A stretch of 64,000 bases of DNA from IMG/VR virus record IMGVR_UViG_3300045988_027877, positions 32,001 to 96,000 of that record. The stretch is one strand, 5' to 3'. Position numbers and translations under genes: made by a program. This document shows positions 1 to 11,828 of the stretch, in pieces (within the stretch, counting starts at the first letter, position 1; each line of letters opens with the position of its first letter). The DNA comes from a virus. The notes under the pieces are model-generated. The model was not told the origin of the DNA, did not search any database, and was given only the letters and a program-made list of their open reading frames with translations.

Positions 1-1
1 A

Positions 2-3000
2 GAAGGTATTATAGTAAGTCTAGAAGATGTAATATGGAAGTACACAGATGGAGCTATTAAGGAAAGTATATCATGTAAGATACAACAAAACACTGTAAAT
101 ACTCTTGATTTTGTAGTAGACCAAAGTAATAAAGAAGTTAAGATATTTGTTAATGGTGTATTGAATGTAGCTAGAGAGATTAAAGATAACTTCACTTGGA
201 GTACATCAAGTAAGATATATTTAGGATGTACTTACTAGAATGACAAACCTAGTAACTTCAGTGATGTAGAGTTCTATGAAATGAACTTGTTTAGATCTCC
301 TCTTAATGATAAACAGATAGTTATTAATGCACTTAATGCTAGAGTAAGAGCTACATTAACTAGTACAGGTTCTGTAGATTTTACAGAGTATAACAACTTA
401 AAGTTAAAGAACTTCTTTAGTATAACAGAGAATAGTAGTTCTTCAACTCTTTGGGATGACTCTACTGGTACATATGCTAAATTGAATTTTAACAGTCTTA
501 TTGGTGATGTCAATAGAAAACCACCTCTTCCAGTAGTATTAATAAACTGTTCCAATTCTGGGTTTACTAAAGCTGTGTATGAAGCTATTGGACCTAATTC
601 AACTATGTACAATGGTTGTACACTTAGTTACTTTGATCCAGACTCAACTAGCGGATCTGCTGTATCTACTACAGATGTATCTGTATAGATTCAAGGTACA
701 TCTTCTACTGGTTACAGAAGTAAGAACTTAGAGATTGCTTTCAATAAAATACTTACAGATGATGAAGGTAAATCTATTGGACCAGAGCTATTTCAACCAA
801 AAGCTAGTTGGATGCCTGAGAATCAATTCACATTGAAAGCTGACGTTGTAGATAGCGCTCATGCTAATAATGCTTCTATTGGTAAGTGGATTAATGACAA
901 TGCAGATGTACTATTTGATAAGACACCTCCAATGTAGGAATTGGAATCTAGACGTCCTGTGGATTCTATAACCCCTAGTGAAGTACATAATGAGGTAACT
1001 ATCAAACATACTTTGGAAGGTTTCCCTATCATACTACTTATACAATTCGATGGTACTAGTACTCAAGAGATGTTGGGTATATATTCTTTCAACTTAGGAC
1101 GTGCTGCTTACTACAACATGGGTATGAAGTTCTTAAAGAACTTTACTACTAAGATTAAGAATGTAACTGGAGAATATGTAGATCAACCATTGCCTGCTTT
1201 CATTACTAAGTATGAAGCATATAAAGTAAATGAGAACTTTGGTAGTATCAATCAATAGTAGATTTACTCATATGAATTTGGAGATAATGCTAACATTATT
1301 GAGACTCCAGAAGGTATACAACATACTGCTCTATTCATGCAGGATGACTTAACCGTATTATAGCATGTAGGAGAATTTAAATATAATGGAGCTACTCAAG
1401 ATGCTACTTCTGTAACTGACAACAATATATGGTAGAGACTGTAGTTACTGTTTACTACATTAGCCGGTATGACTGGTGAAGAGATAAGTAAATACAGATG
1501 GAACACTATAACTAAAGGGTATGAAAAAACAGGAGCTACATATCCTGCATAGCAATCCTGGTCTGCTCTTGCCGATGATCTTACTTTAAGACTAAGTATT
1601 AGAAATGCATATTCATACTTTATGATATGTGTAGTATTCGGTCTTGTGGACTCATTAGGAAAGAATATGGTGTTAAGATCATGGAATGTAGGAGGATCCA
1701 CTACAGATTAGAATATGAATAAGTGGTACCCATGTTTCTATGATATGGATACTGCAAATGGAGTAAGTAATACTGGTGAAGAAAATGTTGCTAAGACGGC
1801 ATATATAGACGGTTTCAGAAATGCAGATACTACTACGGGTGTGAACTCTCTTATAATCAAATAGAACGATCCTAATAACGGGTATGACGAATACTCAAGT
1901 AGATTGTGGGATGTTCTAAGAGATAGTAGATTCATAAGTACTGGAGTATATTCAGGAAGTGATTATAATGGATTATGGGATCTATGGAGAACCAATAGTT
2001 CATTATTAACCAGTTCTTCTATGTTCGTTGAAAACTACTTTAGTGCTTAGACAAAGAACTGTGGAGAACTATTATACAACTATGACTACCGAGTTAAGTA
2101 TCTTACGAAATATTAGAAAGATGAAGATAGCCCTGCGTCATATGCGAATGTGGAGTTCTTGCATGGAACTCGTAATGACTTTGTAAGAGACTGGTTGAAG
2201 AAGAGATTGACGTTTATGGACGGAGTATTCTTATTTGCTAATAATAATATTATCTATCCATACAATGAAAAAGGTTCTTTCAAGTGTGGTGGTGCTTAGA
2301 ATAACAACTCTAAGTTAACTATTAAAATGAATAGTCCTGCTATACTTACTGTGAATATAGGTAATGCAGCAGGTAGTGAAACTAGATATTACATAGAAGA
2401 GAATGTGGATACAGATATATATCTACCGTCTTTATCTTCATTTAATACTCAGATTACAGTAAACAATATGTCTGAGATAAGTAATATGAAAGGACTGGAT
2501 GAAATTAGATTCCAAGGTTTCATGACATCAATGTCGCTACCTAGTATGTCTGAAATAGACGTATAGAATACTAGTACCTTATCATCTAATCCTATTGACT
2601 TTGCTACTATATTTGTTAAGAAACAAGATGGTCAATCTGTATCTGATATTAGACATATAAATTTATCTAATACTAATTTCTGGTCTGGAAATAGTGGCGT
2701 TAACTCATTCCCAGTAGACGTATAGAATTATAATAAATTAAAGACTATTGATATATCTAATGGTTGTGTTACATCTTTAGCATTACCTAATGCAGCTCTA
2801 TCTACTCTTACTTTAACAAACTCTGCTATTGAAAGAGTAACTTTGGCAGACCAACCTTTTATAAGTAAAGTAGATTTTACAGGATGTAATAAATTATAGT
2901 CTGTAGAGATAAGTAACTGTAACTAGATAACAGAATTAGATTTACGTAATCTTAATGACCTAACAAGTATTAATGTTATCGGGTGTGCTAAGTTAACTAA

Positions 3001-6000
3001 GATATACGCTCCTAACTGTAACAAACTAGCCACATTTAATGTGTCTAATGCTAATGCTCTTAAGTCTGTAACATTATCAAACTGTAGTAATGCTAGTTTA
3101 ACAATAAGCTTAGTAGGTGCTCCTAACTTAGAAGAACTAAATCTAGACAACACAAATACTACAGATGTAATAGAATTTGCTCCTAACTTCAATAAGCTTA
3201 AGACACTTAATATATCTTCTAGTAACATTAATGCGTTTTAGTTTGGTAATGATCCTGTAGCTACTACAGCCAGTGGAGAAAGGGTATTAGACCTTAGTCC
3301 ATTTAACTTTACTAATCTATATATGTACTATAACAGCTCTAAATATGTTAAGTTTAAGAATAGTAAGACTAATCCTTTTGTGGTTAATAGTTCTACATTC
3401 AATAACTGTTCTGCATTGATTAGAGTATTTGGACACATTAAACTTACATCAGGTAGTGTATTCAGTACTTGTCCTAACTTCTTTATACATGATGTGTTAT
3501 CAGATGTTACTATTAAACCTACCAGGGGATAGTGGTATGGACCAGATACAGACACTGTTGAAGGTAAACAACAATGGAATAACAATCAAGGATTAGAGAC
3601 TAATATCTCAGTAGGTACTAATAATCTAAGTAATTGTTTTGTAGGAACTAAAGTAAACATATATGATGCTTATTATATGTTGAACCTGTGTGATAATGTA
3701 GTTAATATAAATTCTATGTTCCACTCTTGTTCTAATATAAGAACTGACTTTAGTAATCCATTAAGTAGAGATACTTTCAAGTATTGTGGTAATGTGACTA
3801 GTGCTTCTACTTTATTCTATGCTACTAGAATAACAGGACCTATGTATAGTCCTACTCATACTGGGGATACTATTACGGCATATAATGGATTATTAAGTCC
3901 ATTAAAGAAGTTGGTTTCTTGTGATAGTATGTTTAGAACTACAGCTGGTACTTTCTATATAGATGATTTATTCTTTGCATAGATAGGCAATAATCAATAT
4001 TTACAATTAGCGCATCTGTCTAATATGTTCAATGAAGGAGATAGTAATGTTATATTTGTAGATAATTGTAATGAATCATTAACATCAGCTAGTGTTGCAG
4101 AATAGCACAGAGCATATGCTAGAGCATCTAAGCTGTTGAGAAATCTTCCTAATCTAGATACTATAGGAAATATGTTTAATGGTTGTTGGTTTAACTTTGA
4201 TACAGAAAGTATCAATAATGTTACATACAGTCCATTATTTGCTTATAACAAAAAATTAAGAGTAGTTAGTTGGAGTTTCAGAAACATTAAAGCTAAAGGA
4301 TCATTAATCAATCTATTTGGTGGTAATTCAGAATTTGATAGTAGTAACTTATTCTCTAGATAGATAACCAAATTATTAGGATGTTTTTATATAACTTCTA
4401 ATGATGGAGATAAAGTGTATTTCCCTATACACAATAGTATGTTTAGATAGATTAAACTAACCCTATAGCATATAGGTCATACTGAAGATACTAATCAGAT
4501 ACCTGGTCAATCTAGTACGTGTTTCCATGGAGCAGGAATAAATAGAACATTTGTAAGAGAGTCAGATGAGATATATCCATACGATGTATTCAAAGGAGCT
4601 GTTAATCTAATATCTTGTCCTTGTTTCTTTGCTAACATGACTGTTCCTAATTCTAGTGGAGTGGTATATGAATTACCAGGTACGATATTTCAAGACTGTA
4701 CTAATCTTGTACAGATAACTGGATGTTTCAGAAACCAATCAATCAAATATAAATTAACAGGAAAAGGATTTACTAATTGTAAACTTACTAATGTAGCTTA
4801 TGCTTTCTATGAAGATGAAGGTAACTATTCCAAAGAAGGAGGAGTTCCCTATGGTCTGTTCTATATGGAAAGAGATATAGTAAGATCATCTAAAGGTTGG
4901 AGTCATACAGATGCATTAAGACTTAATATAGACGAAAACTTTGGTATTACTGATGATGGTCAACATGATCCAGATGCGGTACTTCCTAATGCTATAGAAT
5001 ATAGTGATAGTATTAAAGCTATTCGAAGTAGTATAACAGATATGCGTTATTGTTTAGCACGTTTCTAGAGTACTAATGCGGAAGGTTATACTAGAAAACA
5101 GGTAGAGTTGAATAGTGTAGCTGATGCAGGAGACTTAATAATATCTAATGAGAACTATAATGTATCTGAGTATATTGTTAACACTGCATATGATCCTAGA
5201 GATCAGATACCTAATCCTGCATATGATCCAAACAATCCTGGTTCTATTCCATAGTATATAGATAATCCTAATAAAGATATACGTAGAGTAATAAAGAATC
5301 CTGATTACAGTCCATATAAAAAGATATGGAATATTGATTTCTATGACGGAGTATATGGACTAGGAGATATAATTCAGAATAGTACTTTGTATGCTAATAT
5401 ACAGTCAGGAGCTATAACAGATGTTGATCCTAATATTCCAGATGAATTCTTTAATGAGGATGATATGAAGACTCCTACTAATCCTACTGGTAACTATAGA
5501 TTGGATAATATGAACTATATAGTACCATCTGATTTATTCAAATACTGTGTTAATAATACTAATACTAACATATCATATGTTCTTGTTAGTAGTGGTAGAA
5601 AAACTAATATAGGAGTTCAAAGATACAATTATGGTATATATGGTAGAATACCAAGCAGATTATTTAAACCATTAACAAATATATCTAGTTTGTCTAATGT
5701 ATTTGCATACTGTTACTGTATTAATCCATATACTTGGAATGATGAGAACAATAATGGATAGATGTTTCCGCCTGATATGTTATCTAACAATACTGCATTA
5801 AAAAGCGTTTCAGGACTGTTTAAAGGAATATATGTACCAGCTAAGGTTGTAATACCTTCTACTTTACTTAGTAAATGTTTAGCTCTTACTGATATATCCT
5901 ACTTGTTCTTTGATGCTACATTCCAAGGATCTGCAAATGATGTACAGCAATTGAGTGATAATACTTTCCAGTATAACTATATACTTCAGAATATATCATA

Positions 6001-6280
6001 CGCATTAGCTAGTACTAATTCATCTGGAGGATGGATGGGACAAGGTCCTAAGAAAATAGGTTCCAATTTGTTTACTTAGGCTAAACATAAAATACTTACT
6101 AATGTTACTGGTCTATTCTATGGAAACACTAGTACTACAGGTTCTGTACCAGAATTCTGGACATGGTTAAATACTCTTACTAATACTAATAAACAAAATG
6201 TATTCGCTTATATGAGTAAGAGTCTTATTACTAATAGTGCTAATATACCAGAACAATGGGCAACTAATATGAGAAATTGA
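2..6280 (+). CDS. Giant tail/receptor-binding protein (5' end outside window): LamG-like jelly roll, CotH-like kinase domain, long BspA-type leucine-rich-repeat region; requires TAG read as sense
   Basis: Ten ORF-track fragments (281-688, 941-1258, 2327-2566, 3041-3241, 3323-3532, 3677-3982, 4136-4363, 4637-5068, 5387-5761, 5762-6079) share one frame (start mod 3 = 2). Hand translation of all gaps shows only TAG interruptions (about 29). The first non-TAG stop is TGA 6278-6280. Motifs: KIYLGCTY.NDKPSNFSDVEFYEMNLF (LamG end); IQGTSSTGYRSKNLEIAF, LGKNMVLRSW and WYPCFYDMDTANG (CotH-like, ~690-2230); then many LRR units (e.g. NCSNASLTISLVGAPNLEELNLDNT and FxxCxxL repeats to ~6000). Confidence 0.75.
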
Positions 6281-6281
6281 T

Positions 6282-6467
6282 ATGAATATAAAGTCACTAA
6301 CTGATAGAGAGTTATTAGAAGGCATATATACTATGTTGTAGTATGTATTAGTCAAGGTAAACGAAATAGATAATGACGATAAACAATTTGGCATGAACTT
6401 GGCTGCTAACTTACTCAGCAGCATGGTTTATGACGCTCAACCTAGAACTACAAGATATGCAAATTAA
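6282..6467 (+). CDS. Small hypothetical protein (61 codons, one in-frame TAG at 6339)
   Basis: ATG 6282 lies 1 nt after the TGA of the giant ORF. The frame is open to TAA 6465-6467 if TAG 6339-6341 is sense. It overlaps the next ORF. No recognisable motif. Confidence 0.3.
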
Positions 6468-6693
6468 ATGGTTAAAAGAGAGTAATAGAATGAAGCACCT
6501 GAAGTATGCTATAGTACCAGGTGCTCTGTTCACCATACTATTCGTAGCTGGTCTAGCATCAGGTATGGAGTTTAAAGATAAAATGTATGGTGGTAAATGG
6601 GATTGGTTGGACTGGATAGCTACTATGATCGGTGGTACTATAGGTCAAGCTATACAGATAGGTTTAATATATTTAGTAATGAAATTGTTATGA
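6430..6693 (+). CDS. Putative holin (two hydrophobic helices); true start probably ATG 6457 or 6490
   Basis: ORF track 87 aa: ...MKHLKYAIVPGALFTILFVAGLASG...WIATMIGGTIGQAIQIGLIYLVMKLL, i.e. two TM-like segments. TGA stop 6691-6693 overlaps the endolysin ATG (ATGA). No in-frame TAG. Confidence 0.5.
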   Translation: MTLNLELQDMQIKWLKESNRMKHLKYAIVPGALFTILFVAGLASGMEFKDKMYGGKWDWLDWIATMIGGTIGQAIQIGLIYLVMKLL

Positions 6694-7091
6694 TATACTT
6701 TACTTTATAGGAGCTAACAAAGTCTAATACAGCTATCGCAAAGAAATTAGATAATACACCAGATGAATAGGCAATAAAGAATTTAAATACATTGGTAGAT
6801 AATGTATTAGATCCTTTACGTAAGTTGTATGGTAAGCCTATCATTGTTACATCTGGTTATCGTAGCCCTGAAGTTAATCGTAGTGTTAATGGAGCTACAT
6901 CTAGTCAACACGCATTAGGAGAAGCTGTAGATATTAGTGTAGGTAGCAAAGAAGAGAATAAAAAATTATTTAGTCTTATAAAGGACAACTTGCCTTTTGA
7001 TCAGCTTATAAATGAACATGACTATTCGTGGGTTCATGTGTCTTACAGAGAGGGAAGATTACGTAAATAGATTTTAAATATTGGTAAATAA
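6690..7091 (+). CDS. Endolysin, peptidase M15 family (zinc D-Ala-D-Ala carboxypeptidase / L-Ala-D-Glu peptidase-like)
   Basis: Translation with TAG as sense: MIYFTL(Q)ELTKSNTAIAKKLDNTPDE(Q)AIKNLNTLVDNVLDPLRKLYGKPIIVTSGYRSPEVNRSVNGATSSQHALGEAVDI...DYSWVHVSY. The SGYR...N..V.G...S.H..G.A.D ... H pattern is the M15 metal-binding signature. In-frame TAGs at 6708, 6768 and 7068; TAA at 7089-7091. Confidence 0.8.
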
Positions 7092-9034
7092 TGAAAACAC
7101 TTTTATATAATCCAATATTCATTAATCCTTAGGCATACTATGTATTTCCAAGGTTAACTAGGTATCTGCAGCCAGACAATGAGTCTACTTCAGAACCAGC
7201 TAACTATATAGGTACAATTGAAGTAAAGGTAATAGCATATGGAGATACTACTTTAAAAAGAACCTATACTAATACAGATTCTATAGACCTAAGTGAATTT
7301 AAGAATACGTGGATACGTATTAGTCTATTCACTAAAGTAGGTTCATGTGTCTTAGGAGAGTGGAAGATTGGCAATATGGAATCAGATCTTCCTTATATAG
7401 ATCCAGAAGTATTAGCTTCTCTTAAAGCTGTAGTTATAGTTGGTAATAAGACTAATAATGATTCTGATAGAGCTATAGTCAAGAACTTGGTGGACCCTGA
7501 CAATCCCTTTGTGATTAGCAACGCAGCTTATGATAAAATGTCCAGTTATGGAGGTTATGAGTTTGCTAAGTTTGATAATACTTTAGATTGGTATAATACA
7601 GAAGGCAATGATAGTGTTGAAGTTGTGTCGAGAAATGGGCATAGTATTACTCTAAAAAGATTAACTGGTCCTAATTTTTGGTATTTCCAAAACAGCACAT
7701 TTAGAGGGCTTATATCGAATGTTATTCCATTTAAAGTTAATAGTAATAAGAATATAACTGTCGTTTGGGACGTACACGGTCTTAGCATTTCAGAAGGAAA
7801 AGATAAAAGTGTTAGAGTACAAGAACTTGTATTAAATCCTAATGAAGACAATTATACTAACTTAAAAACACTAAACGAAGAAGAACTAGCTCAAATAGAT
7901 ATTAGTACAAACTCTTTGTATTACTTATTATGGTTTGATTTGTCTACTCTTGCAGTAGATGAAGAAGTAACTATCGAAATGCTTCCCCTGTTCGAAGGTG
8001 CCTTCGTCACCGATGGAATCAACGACCTGATTACTTCCACCAAGACCGTACAGGAGATGCTGGGAGGAAGTAATGAGATTACGGTGGTGAGTATGATTCA
8101 TCAGATAAAAGAATCTATATATAATAATCGTGCTTATACTAATTATATAAGTGGTACTTATGGACATATTAGGAATCAAGTAGCTGACACTAAAACAGGT
8201 ATTTATGGTTATACCGTTACTGATTTAAACAACAGTTCTACAAATATTAAAGGAAGTGTTATTAATAATATATTAGGTGATAAGAACGACTATCTATATG
8301 ATGCAAATACTAATGTTGAGTTAGGTAATGCTAAATATTCAGTACAGAATTATATTAAAAGTGATGGTACAGTAAGTAATATTGGTTCACAACTTGCTTG
8401 GTATTGGACAATCATCGCCAACAAGGTACTGACTACCGACCAAATCAACCAGGTAATCGCCTACTTCAACTTGGATAGAACTCTTAAACCTGATATACTG
8501 TGTAATACTATCAAGCAGGGAATCACCAACGAGAACCACGCAGAGTTTGGCGACAGGCTGATTGACTTTTCCGGTAACGGTAGAGATATTCAGCTGAACA
8601 ATATTGCATGGAAGGGGGATTCAGGTATAGGAAAGTATGAGGTTGATTTCGCATCATTAAATTATAATAATACAACATCAGTATTTACAGCTACCTATAA
8701 ATCATGCTCAATTAGCAAGATTATAAAAGATGGTGTTGGAAATATTTTCTATAATTGGGGACAAACTTTAGCAGCCATTAATTCCACAAAAATACAAGTG
8801 ATCGGATTAGATGAAATTGGAGCTATATTAGAGTTTACGTATTTAGATGAATCCGGTAATAGCACAACTAAACAGTATTCTACCGATGGTATTTATGATT
8901 TACCTGCTTCGGCTGCATATCAAGGTGATTCTCACAATACCAATTTTAGATTTTCTATACGAGGATATATTGGAGACTGTGATATAACCATCACCCAGAT
9001 TCCCTCCCACGCAGGTGCTCTCTGCCTTGACTGA
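7091..9034 (+). CDS. Tail-fibre/receptor-binding protein with LamG-type modules; ends at an in-frame TGA inside a LamG domain
   Basis: ATG 7091 overlaps the upstream TAA. One TAG at 7130, then a 552-aa uninterrupted ORF (7376-9034). LamG-type strands: FEGAFVTDGINDLITS, WYWTIIANKVLTTDQINQVIAYFNL, LIDFSGNGRDIQLNNIAWKGDSG, HAGALCLD-stop. Confidence 0.7.
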
Positions 9035-9052
9035 GTAAATGACTTTGGTAAG

Positions 9053-10978
9053 GTGACAGGGATGCCGATTTACAAGGATTATACTTTCATTATAGACTAT
9101 GAACGTATAAGTTATGCTTCATCTGAAAGATGGGTAGCTGGTGTTGTATCTAAATCTCATGTAGCTAATCAAGGAGCTTTTATTTTAATGACAGCTAATA
9201 CAACAGTTGAGCCCTACAAACAAGCATATTCTTTTGGAGGAGTTACTTCATTTAATAGAGATGATTTTACAAGAGCTTTAGTATATCAAAGTAAGTATAA
9301 ATGTGGAGATGTCGATTTAACAGTAGGCGAAGGAGTTGATAGTAATACTCTTTGGCTAGGAACATTTAGAGATAATGACCAGAGGTTCTTCAACGGAGCT
9401 ATCTACTCTCTCATGTCCTTCCCTTATAGCATGTCCAAATTCTTGATAGAGCGTCAGTTGAAGAAGCATAAGCTGGGTACGCTGTATCCGGATATGGTGG
9501 AGTTCAGACCTGTTATAAAGAGTAACGTTTTATTAGATGCTAAGCCAACATTCGTTTTTCGTGGTACTAGTACTTATCTAAATGCAGGAGATTATGTTCC
9601 TGAAAATAGTCAAATATGGGTAAGTATTAAGATGAATAACATTGCCGATAGAATAACTAAGTTTACTGTTAATGGCAAAACTATTGATATTCCTGAAAAT
9701 GCTTATAGTGAAGTCACATTGCAATATGGTTTCCCTTTTGTAATAGATAAGTCTCCACAGAAGATTACTATGACTATCGAACAGGATGAAAACTACGTCC
9801 AATGGAATCCCACTGTGGAAAGTAATGTTGAGTATGCTTCTATTAATTATTTGCTTAGAATACCCGGTCAAGGCACAGTTACTCCTGTATCAGGTCAATA
9901 TTACCCAATATTATCTACTGATACCTCTCTAGTAATATATGTTGCTACAAAAGGAGTGGATGAAGTTGCTAATCTAACTATCAATGGACAAGAGCCTACC
10001 AGTAGTTCTATTCATGTTGATGGTAGATTTAAGTTTGAATTTCCTTTCAACAACTCCCCTCAAAAGATAAATATCACAATTGACGAGTACATCAGATACG
10101 AGGATATTGTGCAGCCGTATCCAAGTTTCGTTAAGTTAGAAAACCTAGATAGAACTTATACTTATACTTGGGGAGATAAGCTAAAAGTAGGAGATACTAT
10201 CAGGTATAATTCATCTGTAAACCTATTAGAAGGAGCTTATACTTTAAAGGGTCAATTAGAGTGCAACGGTGTATATGTATATGATAATAATCAATATATT
10301 ACTGTTGCTAAAGAGATGATATTTGCTTGGACAAATAGCCCTATTTGGTCAATTGATGATAATGAACCTAAATGTATTCTATCTCCTAGACTACTACGTA
10401 TTCCAAATTCTAGCTATAAGATATTGGGTTATATTCCTGATATATCAGGTCACGGTAATCATGGTAAGATAAACAATTCTGCTTATGCGGAAGGAAGTGG
10501 AGTTAATGAAGATGGTTCATACCAATTTGATGGCGTAGACGACTTTGTTACTATTCCTACTATTGTTGGTGGTAAGCAGGTATTGATGAAGGTGAATTGG
10601 CAAAGTGATGCTGCAAAAGCTATACTATATGACCAAAGAGGTTATCCTAATGAGTTTGCTATCTATAATGCTGATGTGGACAATAATAATCCTGTTTTTG
10701 CTTATCAGGCAAGAAATAATGGGCAAACATATATTGATGGTATTTTGAATAAAAATATCAAAGCATCTGAATTGAGGGCTATTACTCATAATATAACTAT
10801 TACAAATGAGTTAAGTTCAGGAGGAAATAATACCTATCCTATTATTGGTTCAAGCAAGGCGAATGCTAACTTTGTTAATATGGCATTATATGACTTCATG
10901 CTCTTCGATGAAATCTCAACAGATGACAAGATTTTAGAGCTGAATAAGTATGTAGGGATAGAAGGCAATACAGAATGA
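9053..10978 (+). CDS. Tail-fibre protein with N- and C-terminal LamG (concanavalin-like) domains; same frame as upstream ORF
   Basis: 641-aa ORF without any TAG; GTG 9053 or ATG 9062 start. N-terminus KDYTFIIDYE...LWLGTFRDNDQRFFNGAIYSLMSFPYSMSKFLIERQL (LamG end). C-terminus ISGHGNHGKINNSAY...YQFDGVDDFVTIP...MALYDFMLFDEISTDDKILEL (complete LamG). Confidence 0.7.
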   Translation: MTGMPIYKDYTFIIDYERISYASSERWVAGVVSKSHVANQGAFILMTANTTVEPYKQAYSFGGVTSFNRDDFTRALVYQSKYKCGDVDLTVGEGVDSNTLWLGTFRDNDQRFFNGAIYSLMSFPYSMSKFLIERQLKKHKLGTLYPDMVEFRPVIKSNVLLDAKPTFVFRGTSTYLNAGDYVPENSQIWVSIKMNNIADRITKFTVNGKTIDIPENAYSEVTLQYGFPFVIDKSPQKITMTIEQDENYVQWNPTVESNVEYASINYLLRIPGQGTVTPVSGQYYPILSTDTSLVIYVATKGVDEVANLTINGQEPTSSSIHVDGRFKFEFPFNNSPQKINITIDEYIRYEDIVQPYPSFVKLENLDRTYTYTWGDKLKVGDTIRYNSSVNLLEGAYTLKGQLECNGVYVYDNNQYITVAKEMIFAWTNSPIWSIDDNEPKCILSPRLLRIPNSSYKILGYIPDISGHGNHGKINNSAYAEGSGVNEDGSYQFDGVDDFVTIPTIVGGKQVLMKVNWQSDAAKAILYDQRGYPNEFAIYNADVDNNNPVFAYQARNNGQTYIDGILNKNIKASELRAITHNITITNELSSGGNNTYPIIGSSKANANFVNMALYDFMLFDEISTDDKILELNKYVGIEGNTE

Positions 10979-11024
10979 AGAAAGACGAAATAATTGATTT
11001 AAATAACAAAATATTTATACAAGA

Positions 11025-11300
11025 ATGAAATATATAGTAGTACCAGCTGAAGAGCTGATTGACATAACACAAGAAACATTAGATGAATTACATTTAGTAT
11101 TTCGTTATAGTGTAGATGGAACTAAAGTAATAATGAAAGTTGCTAACTATGAATTACTATTCCCATCAATAATGACTTTACCATTAACAGATGAAGATGA
11201 AGTTACAGAAGTAGTATATCCTTATCCTACTTATGAAGGTGACGCATTGGAAGAACTGTTAAACAGTGATGAATGGACTAATAAAGAAGAACAACTATGA
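11025..11300 (+). CDS. Small acidic hypothetical protein
   Basis: 91-aa ORF with no TAG. TGA 11298-11300 overlaps the next ATG (ATGA). Confidence 0.5.
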   Translation: MKYIVVPAEELIDITQETLDELHLVFRYSVDGTKVIMKVANYELLFPSIMTLPLTDEDEVTEVVYPYPTYEGDALEELLNSDEWTNKEEQL

Positions 11301-11827
11301 GAGAAACTATAAATTTCGTACCTAGTAAGTCAACCCCCAATCACAAAGAAGTACAGTATTGGATAGACTTACAAACTGATCCATATGGTAGATGTATTAA
11401 AACATGGACTGGATCTGAATGGAGTACTATTACTGATAATGATTTGATTGAGACTATTTAGAAAGAACTAGACAGTAAAGCTAATAAAGCCACTACTCTA
11501 TCTGGTTATGGTATTTCTGATGCATATACTAAAACTCAAGTAGATGCTAAAGTAGCATCAGTATATAGAGTGAAAGGTTCTGTAGCTAATTTCGAAGCAC
11601 TACCTGCTACAGCTGTAGTTGGTGATGTATATAACTTAACAGATACTGGAGCTAACTATGTATGTATTGTAGCTAATCCTGCTGAATGGGATAAGTTATC
11701 TGAAACAGTAGACCTTAGTCATTGTGTAGCTTCAGATGATGTATCTAATGTAGTTGCTATGACTCAAGCTGAATATGAAGCTCTACAGACTAAAGATTCT
11801 AAAACACTTTATTTAATTCACGAATAA
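11297..11827 (+). CDS. Short tail-fibre-like protein
   Basis: ATG 11297, one in-frame TAG at 11459, TAA 11825-11827. Contains ...KANKATTLSGYGISDAYTKTQVDAKVASVY..., a motif I recall from phage tail-fibre proteins. Confidence 0.5.
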
Positions 11828-11828
11828 T

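Noticed and set aside
274-4215. Minus-strand ORFs on the track (274-612, 1396-1701, 1738-1935, 2923-3228, 3328-3585, 3994-4215)
   Set aside because: They lie antisense to the continuous TAG-recoded plus-strand ORF. They have low-complexity Leu/Ser/Ile-rich translations and no start or stop context, so they are shadow ORFs.
2560-6100. Periodic nucleotide repeats that might suggest a repeat array or CRISPR
   Set aside because: The periodicity is at the protein level (leucine-rich repeats) within a continuous ORF. There are no identical direct repeats with unique spacers.
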